From NCBI RefSeq assembly GCF_004010195.1, contig NC_057759.1, positions 4,018,649 to 4,079,049 of the forward strand: a DNA stretch of 60,401 bases. The letters are read 5' to 3'. The notes beneath the pieces were generated by a model, which saw only the letters and a program-made list of their open reading frames with translations, did not search any database and was not told where the DNA came from. The DNA comes from Chiloscyllium plagiosum (lineage: Eukaryota). Made by a program: the position numbers and the translations under genes. This document shows, in pieces, positions 22,621 through 35,934 of the stretch (position 1 is the first letter of the stretch; the number at the start of each line of letters is the position of its first letter).

Positions 22621-22939
22621 GCAGTCCTTACTTTCGCCACACTTCAGTCTTACCTTGCAGTTGAAATACAAGTAGAAGAAAGGAAAACTTAGATAAACAA
22701 TTAATTATTTATTGACTGAAAAACAATTGCTCCAATATTGTAATGTTCCAGACACTTGGCAAAGGCAAAGTCAGTAAAACAGATTGCCCCATGTGCAATT
22801 ACATGTAAGGAGAGAGAGATGTAGCAGTTTTTACAATGAGCTTCCAAAACAAAAACACCTAAAAGCTGAAAACTAAACTAAACTCATATTTCTGTGGGAA
22901 CGTGCCTCCACCCATTCATGCTGCTTTTATTGTTCCAAC

Positions 22940-23465
22940 TACTGTACAGTGTACAGTTCTGGTCACAGAATTATAAGAAGGACGTGGAAGCTTTGGAAAG
23001 GGTGCAGAGGAGATTTACTAGGTTGATGCCTGGTATGGAAGGAATGTATTATGAGGAAAGGCTGAGTGCCTTGAGGCTGTTCTCGTTCGAAAGAAGAAGG
23101 TTGAGAGGTGACTTAATAGAGACATACAAGATAATCAGAGAGTTAGATAGGGTGGACAGGGAGAGCCTTTTTCGAAGTATGGGAATGGCAAACACAGTGG
23201 ACACAATTTTAAAGTGAGGGGAGATAGGTATAAGACAGATGTCAGAGGTAGTTTCTTTACTCAGAGAGTAGTAAGGGTATGGAATGCTTTGCCTACAACA
23301 GTAGTAGATTCGCCAAGTTTAAGTACATTTAAGTCGTCATTGGACAGGTATATGGGTGTACATGGAATAGTGTAGGTGGGATGGGCTTCAGATTAGTATG
23401 ACCGGGCGGCGCAACATCGAGGGCTGAAGGGCCTGTAATGTGCTGTAATGTTCTATGTTCTATGT
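22940..23465 (+). mobile_element. CR1/HER1 LINE 3' end
   Basis: 'VQFWSQNYKKDVEALERVQRRFTRLMPGM...RRLRGDLIETYKII'; (gttctat)n tail. Confidence 0.93.
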
Positions 23466-23650
23466 ACTAAAGAAACGGCCTGACAGGCTGTTTACGTTAT
23501 TGGCTTTGGAGAAGACTTTGCCAGACAGAGGTCATTGCCTCTGTCTCAACCTCTTTTCTTAAAAAAAATACATCCAAAAGTCATAGTATTATCACAGTTC
23601 CCCTCAGCAATAAATCAAGTGCTATTTCCGCAGATATCCTGTAGATTGTC

Positions 23651-23937
23651 CTCAACTTTAATCTTCACCATGACTATGAAATGCATTTCCCAGGCCATTG
23701 TAAACAGTGCAGCTGTACAGACCATCGGCACTCTCATCCAGATGTTGAATTCGGTTTATGACCTCCAGCCTGGATGAGGTCTCCTCACCAATGACATGGT
23801 TTCCCCTGTACCAAGTGTACAACAGCGGCAGGAAACCGCCAGTGATGCCACAGGCCAATGTCAGATTACCCCCCTCACGAATCGTGCCATTCACGGGTGG
23901 ATCACTAGCCAAATGGATTTGTTCGCGACGGGAATTC
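23651..23937 (-). pseudogene. Frameshifted Ig C2-type exon of the same FCRL-like gene
   Basis: 'EGGNLTLACGITGGFLPLLYTWYR...DGLYSCTVYNGLG'. Acceptor 'ttttccactgtag|ga' gives 'IPVANK' in a different frame from the body, the C-terminal 'MVKIKVE' needs a further frameshift, and there is no GT donor after it. Confidence 0.75.
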
Positions 23938-24378
23938 CTACAGTGGAAAACACCATTGTCAGGGCTAGCAGTAAGAGGAGGACTGTCAGCCACATTCCAT
24001 ACGATTGTTATTGATTCTATTTTGGTTTCAACTCCACTTTCCTGCCTCCATTCCCTTTAAAATTCCGTTTAACAGAATAAAGATCTATCCCCTCCTAAAA
24101 TATATTGAGTCACCCAGTGTAACACCCACACACTCTGTGGTGAGGAGGTGAATTCGCACAAATTGACAACCAACCTCACTTTGAGAGAAGTCATTCCTCC
24201 TCAGCTCTGCTTTAAATCTGCCCCATTCCCTTCTTAAATTAAATAAAGAAGGATTTGTTTAATTAAGTAGAGTCAGTTTCGCACCTTATTGTCTGAAGGA
24301 TACCCGAATAAAGATTGAGTGTCCCCTCAGAGAACTTGGCAACCTGGAAATGATGATTTCTTCCGCATTGACCCATAC

Positions 24379-24666
24379 CTGACAAAGTGAGGGCAAATGG
24401 CTCACTACAGACAATGTGGGTAACAGCGTTTGCAGCACAGCAGGAGTAAATGACATCTTCCTCTTCAGGTGGCATGGTGACATTGAAAGCGGCTGCTCTC
24501 GAGCCAGTGACTGTTGTGTTACCCAAGAAGTGGTGGCGGTGACCGTACAGCAAGACGTTTATAGGCAGCGTCCCCCTTTTTAAGGTGCACTGACTGGTAA
24601 AGTGGTTTCCAACCGACACAACAGACACCTTCAGATCTGAGCAAATGGATGGGCAGCTCGCAGGGA
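24379..24666 (-). CDS. Ig C2-type domain exon, paralogue of 19789-20079 (open frame, phase 1-1)
   Basis: Acceptor 'ttctcttccctccccag|tc', donor 'tcag|gtatgg', 288 bp. Encodes 'PASCPSICSDLKVSVVSVGNHFTSQCTLKRGTLPI...IYSCCAANAV'. Confidence 0.75.
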
Positions 24667-24694
24667 CTGGGGAGGGAAGAGAAAATTCAGTCAT

Positions 24695-26548
24695 CGATGC
24701 AATGCAAAGATTTTTCATTTATATATTAAGGACAAAGGGTAACCAGGGAGAGAATATGTCCTCTCAAAGATCAGGAAATCAACCTATGTGTGGAGCCGCA
24801 GGAAATGTGGGACATATTAAACAAATATTTTGCATCAATGTTTACTGTGGAAAAGGACGTAGAAGATATAGAATGTAGGCAAATAGATGGTGACATCTTG
24901 AAAAAAGATGTCCATGTTACAGAGGAGGAGCTGCTGGATGTCATGAAACGCATAAGAGTGGATATGTCCCCAGGACCTGACCAGGTGTATCCTAGAAATT
25001 TGTGGGAAGCTAAGGAAGTGACTGCTGGAATATTTGTATCATCAATACTCACAGTGAGGTGGCAGCAGACTGAAGGTTGGCTAATATGTTGCCACTGCTT
25101 AAGAAAACTGGTAATGAAAAACCAGGGATCTGTACACTGGTGAGCCTGGTATCGGTGATGGAAAAGTTGTCGTAGGGAGTCCCGAGGGACAGGATTTATT
25201 TGCATTTGGAAAGGCAAGGATTGGTTAGGGATAGCCAGATGGCTTTGTGCATGGGACTTCATGTCTCATGAACATGATTAGTTTTTTGAAGATGTAACAG
25301 AGAGGATTGATGAAGGCAAAGCGGTGCAAGCGATCTATATGGACTTCAGTAAGGCGTTCAATAAAGTTCCACGTGGGAGACTGGTTAGCAAGGTTCGATC
25401 TCATGGAAAACAGGGAGAACTAGCCATTTGGATGCAGGACAGGCTCGAAAGTAGAAGACTGAGGATGGTGGTGAAGGATTGCTTTTCAGACTGGAGACCT
25501 GTGAAAAGTAAAGTGCCACTAGGATCAGTGCTGGGTACACAACGTTTCATCATTTATATAAATGGTTTGGATGTGAACATCGGAGATATAGTTCGTACGT
25601 TTGCAGATTACACCAAAATTGTGGATGTAGTGGACTGCGAAGAAGGTTACCTCAGATTACAATGGGATCTTGATCAGATGGGCCAATGGGCTGAGGAATG
25701 GTAGATGGAGTTTAATTTAGATAAATATGAGGAGTTTAATTTTGGAAAAGCAAATCAGAGCAGGAGTTACACACTTAATGGTAAGGTCCTAGCGAGTGTT
25801 GCTGAAGAAAGAGACTTTGAAGTGCAGGTTCGTAGTTCTTTGAAAGTAGAGTTACAGATAGTGAAGAAGGCGTTTGGTATGTTTTCCGTTATTGGTCAAA
25901 GCATTGCGTATAGGAGTTGGGAGGTCATACTGTACAGGACATTGGTTTGGCCTGTTTTGGAATATTGAGTGCAATTCTGGTCTCCTTCCTGTCAATAGGA
26001 TGTTGTTAAACTTGAAAGCGTTCAGAAAGTATGTACGAGGATGTTGCCAGGGATGGAAGATTTGAGGTATAGGGGGAGTCTGCCAAGGCTGGGACTGCTT
26101 TCCATGGAACATCAGAGGCTGAGGGGTGACTTTATAGAGGTTTATAAAATCATGAGTGGCATCGATAAGATAAACAGTCAAGGTCTTTTCTCTACGATGG
26201 CAGAGTCCAGAACGAGAATGCATTGGCTTTTGGTGAGAGGGAAAAGACAGAAAAGGGACCTGAGTGACATTTTTGTTTCAGGCAGTCAGTGGTGTGTGTA
26301 CGGAATGAACTGCCAGAGGAAGTGTTGCTGGCTGGTACAATTACAACATTTAAAACGCATCTGGAAGGGCTTCTGAATAGGAACGGTTTCGAGGGATATG
26401 GGCCAAGTACTGGCAAATGGGTCTACAGTAGTTTAAGATATATGGTCAGCATTGACGAGTTGGACTAAAAGATCTGTTTACATGCTGAATGTGAGATCGG
26501 CTGAATGGTCTGTTTCCGTGCTGTACATCACCAGGACCATATGACTCT
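24695..26548 (+). mobile_element. 5'-truncated CR1/HER1 LINE ORF2 (RT), disabled
   Basis: 'SPGPDQVYPR', 'IYMDFSKAFNKVP', 'VPLGSVLG', 'FADYTKI', 'RLRGDFIEVYKIM'; 3' tail 'tgtttccgtgctgtacatc..tatgactct'. Confidence 0.95.
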
Positions 26549-27311
26549 GAATCCTGGGCAGTCAAAGCAATGGTCCCAGCTCAAATTGCACAAGAAAGTG
26601 ACTTTTTAACACAAAGACCCACATTCCCAGAATTGAAGATGCAGTGGTAATTATAGGTACGGATTAATACAAGTCTTCAGTGCAGTGTTAAGCCCTTTGG
26701 CCCATCGAGTCTTACCACCCAAAAACAAATACCTTCCTATTCAAATCCCACTATCATCAAGATTGGTTCTAATGGCTAAAGAGATAAAAGATTATGGTGT
26801 GAAAGGGGAACAGAGCAATAAGTTGTTCGGCCAAAATCAGGTTGAATATTGAAGCAAGCTTCGAAAGGCCAAATGATCTCCTCGTACTCCGACTATCTGT
26901 CATGCTAAAAATGAAAAAATAACGTGCAGATCACCTCTAACATCCATTATTTCTCACATAATAAACCCACACTCATTCCACTTGGCCGAGTTGTGCTGCC
27001 ATACCATAATTTACTTCATTTCATGTAATATTATGCGACTACCATTTAATTATAACATTTTATTTGGCCTGGCAATAAGAAAGGTAACAACTGTGGATCA
27101 ACCTTACCACGATTGAGAAATCCAACTAACAGCTAACATACTTCACTAATTCCAAACAAACCTCAGTGCACTTTGTATCCTATTGACATTACTTTTCTTT
27201 TATTTCTTGGATTGGACGTGATAGGCTGGGTACAGCTTTAATCACGCTCGCCTCCAGTTTCCAAGTAGGTAAAAATCAGCTCCTTTCTGGAATCGCTGCA
27301 GTACATGAGTT

Positions 27312-29282
27312 AGAACATATAATAGAACATAGAACATTACAGCATAGCAAAGGTCATTTGACCCTCATTGTTGCACCAAGCTGTGAAACCAGTCCGAAGT
27401 ATATCTAACCCATGCTTACCATTCTCGTCCATTAGCCTATCGAATGACTATTTAAATTTCCTTAACACTGGCGCCTATACTACTGTTGCAGGCAGTGCGT
27501 TCCACGCCCAGAATTCTCTCTGAGTAAAGAAACTACCTCTGACAACTATCCTAAATCTATCACCCTCAATTTAAAGCTATGTCCCCTCGTGCTAGCCATC
27601 ACCATCAGAGGAAAAAGGATCTCACTGTTCAACCTATTTAACCCTCTAATCATCATATAGGTTTCAATTAAGTCTCCTCTCAAACTTCTTTACTCTAAGG
27701 AAAATAGCTTCAACTCTGTCAGCCTTTTTCTTGTAAGATCTTCCCTCCAAACCAAGCAACATCCTAGTAAATCTCCACTGAACCCTTTCCAAAGCTTCCA
27801 CATTCTTACTGTAATGTGGTGACCAGAGATGTGCGTGATGCTCCAAGTGTGAGTGCACTAAAGTTTTGTACAGTTACAACATGACCTCATGGTTAAAAAT
27901 GCAATCCCTCTACCAATGAAAACTGACACACTGTCTGCCTTCTTAACAACCCTGTCAACCTGCGTTGCAACTTCCAAGGATATATGTAGTTGGCTACCGA
28001 GATCTCTCTGCTCATCTGCACTACCAAGAATCTTATCGTTTTCCCAGTACTCTGCATTCCTGTTACTCTTTCCAAAGTGAATAACCTCACATTTTTCTGC
28101 ATAAACTCCATTTGCCACCTTTCAGCCCAGCTCTGCAACTTATCCATGTTCCACTGTAACCTAAACATCCTTCGCTACTATCCACAGCCCTATCGACCTC
28201 CGTGTCATCCACAAATTTCCTAAACCATCATTCTATGCGTTCATACAGGTCATTTATAAAAATGACAAATAACAATGGATCCAAAATAAATCCTTGTGGT
28301 ACACCACTCGTAACTGAACTCCAGGAAACCTGATCCAAAACGTTAAATCACCCTCAATCCCATGCCTCCGTATTTTGAGTAATAGGCTACCGTGTGGAAC
28401 CTTATTAAAGACCTTATTGTAATCAATATGCACCACCTCAACCGCTTTACTTTCATCCAGCTGTTTGGTCACCTACTCAATGAACTCAATAAGGTTTGTG
28501 AGGCACAACCTACCCATCACAAAACTCTGTTGACTATCCCCAAACAACTTATTCCGTTCCAAATGATTATAAATCCTATCTCTTATAACTTTTCCCAACT
28601 CTTTACCCACAACAGAAGTAAGGCTTGCAGGGTTTCCTCCCACAATCCAAAAAAAATGTGCGGGTCAGGTGAATTGGCCATACTAAATTGCCCGTAGTGT
28701 TAGGTTAAAGGGGTAAATGTAGGGGTATGGGTGGGTTGCGCTTCGGCGGGTCGGTGTGGACTTGTTGGGCCGAAGGGCCTGTTTCCACACTGTAAATAAT
28801 CTAATCTAATTTGTTATCCTCCAGTTTCCTGGCACTATTCCTCTAGACAATGACAACATAAAGATCAAAGCCAAAGGTTCGTCAATCTCCTACCCGGCTT
28901 CCCAGAGCATCCTAGGATAAATTCCATTCAGTCCAGGGGAAATGACTATTTTTACACTTCCCAGAATTGCTAACAGCTCCTCCTTGTGAACCTCAACACT
29001 ATCTAGTCTAGTAGCCTGTAACTCAGTATTCTCCTCGACCACATTGTCTTTTTCTCGTGTGAATACTGACGAAACCTATTCATTTAGCTCTTCCCCTATC
29101 TCTTCTGACTCCAGGCAGAACTTCCCACGACTGTGCTGGCTTGGCCTAATCTTGCTCTAGTCAGTCTTTTAGTCCTCATACACCAATAGAAAGCCTGAGG
29201 GTTTTCGTTGATTCTATCGGCCAACAACTACTCATGTCCCCTCCTGGCTCTTCTTAGGTCTCTCTTTAAGTCTATCCTGGCT
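27312..29282 (-). mobile_element. CR1/HER1 LINE fragment, interrupted by a SINE and running into a gap
   Basis: (atagaac)n tail at ~27312-27340; minus ORFs 'WQMEFMQK', 'AEKCEVIHFGKSN', 'DYNKVFNKVPHG'. Confidence 0.92.
28627..28810 (+). mobile_element. 5'-truncated HE1-type SINE nested in a LINE
   Basis: 'ggtttcctcccacaatcc...gggcctgtttccacactgtaaataatctaatctaa'. Confidence 0.9.
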
Positions 29283-29782
29283 NNNNNNNNNNNNNNNNNN
29301 NNNNNNNNNNNNNNNNNNNNNNNNNNNNNNNNNNNNNNNNNNNNNNNNNNNNNNNNNNNNNNNNNNNNNNNNNNNNNNNNNNNNNNNNNNNNNNNNNNNN
29401 NNNNNNNNNNNNNNNNNNNNNNNNNNNNNNNNNNNNNNNNNNNNNNNNNNNNNNNNNNNNNNNNNNNNNNNNNNNNNNNNNNNNNNNNNNNNNNNNNNNN
29501 NNNNNNNNNNNNNNNNNNNNNNNNNNNNNNNNNNNNNNNNNNNNNNNNNNNNNNNNNNNNNNNNNNNNNNNNNNNNNNNNNNNNNNNNNNNNNNNNNNNN
29601 NNNNNNNNNNNNNNNNNNNNNNNNNNNNNNNNNNNNNNNNNNNNNNNNNNNNNNNNNNNNNNNNNNNNNNNNNNNNNNNNNNNNNNNNNNNNNNNNNNNN
29701 NNNNNNNNNNNNNNNNNNNNNNNNNNNNNNNNNNNNNNNNNNNNNNNNNNNNNNNNNNNNNNNNNNNNNNNNNNNNNNNNNN
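29283..29782. other. Assembly gap (500 N)
   Basis: Run of N. Confidence 1.
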
Positions 29783-29899
29783 AAAAACAATTCCACCGTC
29801 AGATTAGATACAAAAATAACGGAAGGATTGATGGGAAAACGCATCGTTTGTTCTCTAGTGATTCAAAAATGCAAGGTGATCGCAGTGAAACTGAGAAAG

Positions 29900-31820
29900 T
29901 TCATACTGACGGGATTGACTAACACAGGGACATAGAGAAGTACAAGCAGGCCAGGTTAGGGAGAATCCCAGGATACTCTACAAGTACATCAACCGAAACA
30001 GAATAACTGGGGAATAATTATGGCCCTTTGGAAATCAAGGGGACAATCTATGTGTGTAGCTAGAGTACATTGATACATTGTTACATGAGTGCTTTACATT
30101 TGTTTTACTTGGGAGAAGGAGGCTGCATGCACAGAATTCGAGAAGATGGACGGTGATGCTATTTAATTAACAGATTGATATAAAATATGAGCAAAGACTG
30201 GAGGCTTTGGCTGGTACAAAATTGGAAAAATCCCGAAATCCGAATAAGTTGCATCTTAGGCTGCTGTTGGAGACCAGGGAGGAATGGCCCTGGTTAAAAC
30301 GTTTCAGTGGAATCTTTCCACAAAGGAGATGCCAGAGGACTGGAGAACAGCTTACGTGGTGTCATTTTAATAGGAAGCTATAGACCAGAGAGTATCAGAT
30401 CAGTGTTATGGAAACTATTGGAGAAAATAGGGACGGCTAAAATTCATTCCCATGTCGACAGACAACAATTGATCAGGGATCATAAGCATGATTCTATCAA
30501 AGGGTGAGCATGCCGAATGAATTTGTTATTTTTTAAGGAATGTAGTTTTTCAACAAGGCGTTTTAGAAATTCCCACATGGGAAACTGATAAAGGAAATAA
30601 AACCTCGTGGTATGAAAGGCGACTTAGCAAGTTCTATCCAAACTTGTCTTAGTAGCAGGGGACAGAGGGTGGTGGTAGAAGGCTGTTTGTGTGACTGGAG
30701 ATGAGTGTGCAGCAGTGTACCACACGGATCAGTACTGTGTTCCTTATTGTTTGTTGTATTCATAAATGATGTAGATGTTAGTGTGGAAGGGGGAGGAGGG
30801 GTGCAACGGGAGTGTGATGAGTAAGCTTTTCACACAAAGATTGATCGGATGATTGGCAGTGAGGAGAAAGGGCTTATGCTGCAGGAAGATATATGTATGG
30901 ATATTAACAAGGCGTTTGATAAGTTCCCCCATTGCAGGCTCATTCCGAAATTAGGTAGGAACGGGATATAGGAACATTTAGCTGTCTGGATACAGCATCA
31001 GCTGGTCCATAGAAGATACAACGCGATGGTAGGTGGACAGTTTCAGCCTGGACCTCGTTGACCAGTGGTGTTCCGCAGGGATCTGTTCTAGGACCTCGGC
31101 CATTTGTGATTTTAATAAATGATTTGGATAAGAAGTGGAAGGTTGTGTTAGTAAGTTTGCCGGTGGCGTGAAGTTTGAAGGAGTTGTGGATGGTATTGCA
31201 ACGGACATTGACACGATACAGAGCTGGGTGGAGAAGCGGCAGGTGGATTTCAATCTGGGAAGTGCGAAGTGATTCATTTTGGAAGGTCGAATTTGAAAGC
31301 AGAAAACATGGTTAAATGCAGGATTCTTCGCAATGTTGAGGAGCAGAAGGATCTTGGGGTCCACGTCCGTAGATTAGATTCTCTACAGTATGGAAAAAGG
31401 CCCTACGGCCTAAAGTGTCCACACCGATCCTCGAAAGAGAAACGCACTCAGACCCATTCCCCTACCCTGCATTTACACTGACTAATGCACCTAACACTAT
31501 GTGAATTTAGAATGGGCTATTCACCTCACCTGCACATCTTTGGATTATAGGAGGAAACCGGAGCACCCGGAGGAAACCCACATAGAAGCGGAGAGAATGT
31601 GCAAACTCCACACAGATAGTCACTCGAGGCAGGAATCGAACCCGGTCCCTGGTGCTGTGAGGCAGTAGCGTTAATCACTAAACTGCCGAGCCACCCTCAA
31701 AGGTCCGTCAAGGTTACCACCCAGGTTTTTTTGGGCTGTTAAGAAGGCATTTGGTGTGTTTGCTTTCATGAGCAGTGGCGATTATGTTTAAGAATCGCAT
31801 GGTTATGCTGAAATTCTATA
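29900..31820 (+). mobile_element. Old CR1 LINE ORF2 fragments (at least two), with a nested SINE
   Basis: 'agtggtgttccgcagggatctgttctagg' (SGVPQGSVLG), 'IHFGRSNLKAE...EEQKDLGVHV'. The RT region restarts near 30890. Confidence 0.85.
31370..31696 (-). mobile_element. HE1-type SINE
   Basis: 'tagattagattctctacag...ggaaaccggagcacccggaggaaaccc...ctgtgaggcagtagcg'. Confidence 0.88.
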
Positions 31821-32049
31821 CACTGAAGGGATAGAGATAGAGCAGGACTATGGAGTAGTGATGAGGATCAGACAGCATTATATTGAATGGAAAGAAAAAA
31901 CAATGGATCAAAGAGACTACTGCATTGCCTACTTATATTTTTCCGATGGTCGATCACATTAAGGGATCCGTATGTTGTGTGGAAAACGTACATTGAGGAG
32001 ATGTTTTGCCATGAACTGGAAATGTGAAGGCTCAATGGACTGAAAGGCC

Positions 32050-33500
32050 TACGCCTTTACCGATGTCACTGTGCAGTCTGTGGAAAAGCTCGGTAAACGC
32101 TGCCACAATGTCTTAGATGTCAGAAAGGAGGCCTCTGCAGGGTCGACAGGACTGCGTTTCCGGTTCCCGTTTCTGACAACAAAGCTGGTGGTGCGTGTTC
32201 CGTGTGGTTTGACCCGTGAAGACGTCGGAGCGGTTTGATGCAATTGACTGTCTTGCTTGGCCGCTTCAGAGACCATTGAAGAGTTTATCACATGTCGGTG
32301 TGCCGGCGTCATTTTTAGGCCAGACCAGAAAAGCACCGGACACTTGCTTCCTGAAAGTACATTCGGGAAGCAAATTGGTGTTTGCAATCGACATTGACTT
32401 CAGGACATTTTTTACTGACACAAGATTTTACAGCTCGATATTTTATTAATTATTTTTAACTTCCACCAATTGCCAGAGTATTCGCCTGATCTGGATTAGT
32501 AATCCAGTGACATTTTCACAACAACACCATCTTCACATGAGACATATCATAAATAGAGCAGGGTATTTCTGTGCTGTTTGACAGCAGTTGTCAAAAACAT
32601 GGTCCACAAATTTGACTATTGTGATGGGACTGAGGATGTAGTAATTGGTCCGTTAGTAATTATCAGGGGAGTAGATACCTTTGTGTACTTTTCCAACTTG
32701 CCAGTTCAATGTCAGGCTTGCAGCTGAAATGAAACAGCTTCATCAGGGACACGGTTTGATGTATAGCACAAGTCTTTAATCCTACCGCAGATATAGCGTC
32801 AGGGCCCTTTGTCTTTGTTGTATCTGCTGTGTTCAGCGGTTTCTTGATGTCACTTGCAGAGAATCGAATTGGATGAAGATAGGCATCTGTAATCCTGTGA
32901 GCATCTTGACAAGAGTGAGATAGATCATCCACTCAAAACTTCTGGGTGAGAATGGTGCAGATACTACATCCTTGTCTTTGACATGTTTGTGCCAGCTTTT
33001 GTGGGAAGAGAATGTGAAAAACTGTTTTGCTCCCCGACCACGATTAAGAAATGTGTAGTGTCAGCAATGCTAGTCATATGTAGGTTAAGAACCACTTATT
33101 ATGATGGGGATATTTGTGGAGCCCTCTCCTCCAGTGTGTTGTTTAATAGTTCATCACCAATTATGACTGGTTGCGGCAGACCTGCAGAACTGCGATATGA
33201 TCTGTTGGTCTTTGAATGATTTTGTCTTCTCTATCAGATATTGCACCTGCTCTTTGGAATGTAAGCAGCCAAGTGTGGTAGCTTTAACGGATTGTCATCA
33301 GGTTTAGGTACATATGGTTCTGACCCTGGCACATTCACCAACACTCGTAACTGAACCATAGATCAGCTTGATAGTAATGGTACAATAAGGGATTACCCTG
33401 AGCCAAACGTTAAAGATTATGGTTGAATGTAATTCTGCTTCTGCTGCTGCTGTGGTCGGTAGCATCACATAAGTGTTCAGGTTTGAGCTGAAATGTCTGC
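32050..33500 (-). mobile_element. Old LINE (CR1/L2 group) ORF2 fragments
   Basis: Minus ORF 'PIRFSASDIKKPLNTADTTKTKGPDAISAVGLKTCA...LF...W' is the tether region before RT. Confidence 0.7.
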
Positions 33501-35934
33501 AAAGCAATTCTGTTGCCTGACCCTCATTTCATACCTCGACCAATTCTCCCATCACCTAGGTACTCAGTAGGTACTCAGTGACCTACTCTGGTTTCGATGT
33601 GGTAACACTCCGACTTTAATATTCTCATTCTGCTGAGCGTCTCTCCATGGTGAAAATGATCCAGTTTGCCACATTCCTCAAAACTTTTTAACCTATTCAT
33701 CTTAATCTTTTCCCTTTAGTCTGCCATTGTCCGTGTTGAAAGTGAATGTGTTTCCCTGTCTTTATTGCCCTGACCATGATTAAGAGCTCTGTAGTGTCAG
33801 TGATGCTAGTCTTATGCAGTTTCAGAAAGAATTAATTTGTACACCTTGTGCTAGCATTCACTTCCTGGCTATGGCGCTTCCTGGTGTTGGAGAAGGCAGT
33901 TAAGCAGCTTTGACACGTATCATTGAAACTTGTTCAAAAACGGAAACTACTGGAGAAAATAAGCAGACCTGGCAGCGTATGTTGAATGAAAGCGGAGTTA
34001 ACTTGTTGAGTCCTGTGACCCTTCTTCAAATCTCCCAGTTTCTCCTGCAATTTTTGTTTTTGGTACAGATTTCCAGTATCCACAGTTGTTTATGTGATTG
34101 AAAATGTTTCCTTCCCTATTCATCTCTGGATAGACTCAGCAGGTCTACAGCATTTGTGGAGCCAGGAAACAGACTTAACATTTCAAATCCAGCGTGGTAC
34201 TTCTTCAAAACTGATAAAGATTGAAAATGGGTTCGTTCATCCCATCATTGAAATGAAGAAAGGGTGACGGGGAAATAGAGGGTGTGGAGGCCCAGTGCAA
34301 AAGACAAATTGGCTTTAATTGTGGTGAAAGTGAAACAGATGCGTGTAAGTTAGAGAGTAAGTGGGGAAAATGGGCATTGGAGGAAATGTGAATGGGTAGT
34401 ATTGAGTGCAAGAGAAACAAGCTACAAACAAAACAATGTCATCGGGAGACTCGTGGGAAGATATACGAAAAAGAGAGAATAGGCATAATGGGGTCCGGTT
34501 GTGAAGTTATAGAATTGAATATTATGTCCTACAGGCTGTAACGTAACAAAACGTAAAGTGAAGTGTTACTCGAGATTGAGTTGTGCTTCATTTGAATGTT
34601 GCAGCAGCCCAGAGTCAAAATGTTAGCATGACAGCAATGGAGGTTACTGAAATCGAAAGCACTGAGAAGTTTGCAGAGTGGAAGTTCCTCAAAGCAGTTT
34701 GTTTGCTCTCGCAAATGTAAAGGAGACGGCAGTGTGAGCATCAATGACAGGACACTGGATTGAAAGTGTAAGTGAAATGCTGCTTCAACTCGAAGGTGTA
34801 TTTCGGGTCGCTAAGCAATGATAAACATTCAAATACCTGGCCTTATTTCTTCTTTGATATAGAATATATCACTGCACGTTTGGACCTCTGTAGCAACAGC
34901 TTTAATCGTGTTTTCTTTAGTTCTTTTAGTCTATTTACTCAGAAGCTGTCCCCCACAACTTAACAACAGGAGGTAGGCAGCAGTTTGTTTGATACAAATA
35001 TACCTGTCCGCTTTGAACGGATTTCCTACTTGCTCCTTGCAATAACATTTGTAAAGTTAACTCTTATTATGTGATAGTTGAATCACACAATTTTCAACAT
35101 ACTCCACAACTTCCTTGCTTTTATGCACTATACCTCCAATTTTAATCCCAAAGATCCATTAAGACTTCTTAACTGCAGTTTCAATTTGCCTGGTCACTAT
35201 AACTTCTGGTCTTCTGCGTCCATCTCCAGTTAAACTCGGCAACTCGCTGGGACCCTCCTTGACTCCAGTGATTCCTGAAAGATCACAATCAATGCCTCCA
35301 CAATTTCCTCTTCTACCATCTTAGAACAATGGCGTGTAGTCTATCTGCTTAGGGGTGATTTATGTGCCTTCATACCTTTCCGCTTCCCCAGAACCTCCTC
35401 CTTATTGGTAGTCACTACATCCACCTCTGTCCCCTGACATTTTTGAAATTCTGGGAGGCTGCTGGTGTCTCCCAAAAGGGCAGACTGAGGAAAAATAACT
35501 AGTCAACACCTTTGACTTTTCTTTGTTTCGTATAAATGCTCTAGCATCATTTTCCAGCAGTTTAATGTTTGGTGTTGCTTCCCTGTCCTCCCCGTCATTT
35601 ATCGAAAATCCTCTTGCAATCTTCCATTATTTAATTAACAAGCTTACCGTCATATATCATCTTCTGCTCCCTATTGATCTTCTGCTGGTATTTGAAGGCT
35701 TCATAGTACTCTGGATTCCCAATAACCTTCACCACATTGTTTGCTTTCTCTTTTGTTTTTATGTTGTCCCTGATTTCCCGTATTAACCACTGTTATTCTG
35801 TCCTCTCCTGAGCATAATTGTTCTTCCTTGGAATGAATTTCAGCTGCACATCTCAATTAACATCAGAAACTCCTGACATTGATGCTTCATTGTCTTCCGT
35901 GAGAAACTTCCCTTCCAAGTACCATTCCATGCAT

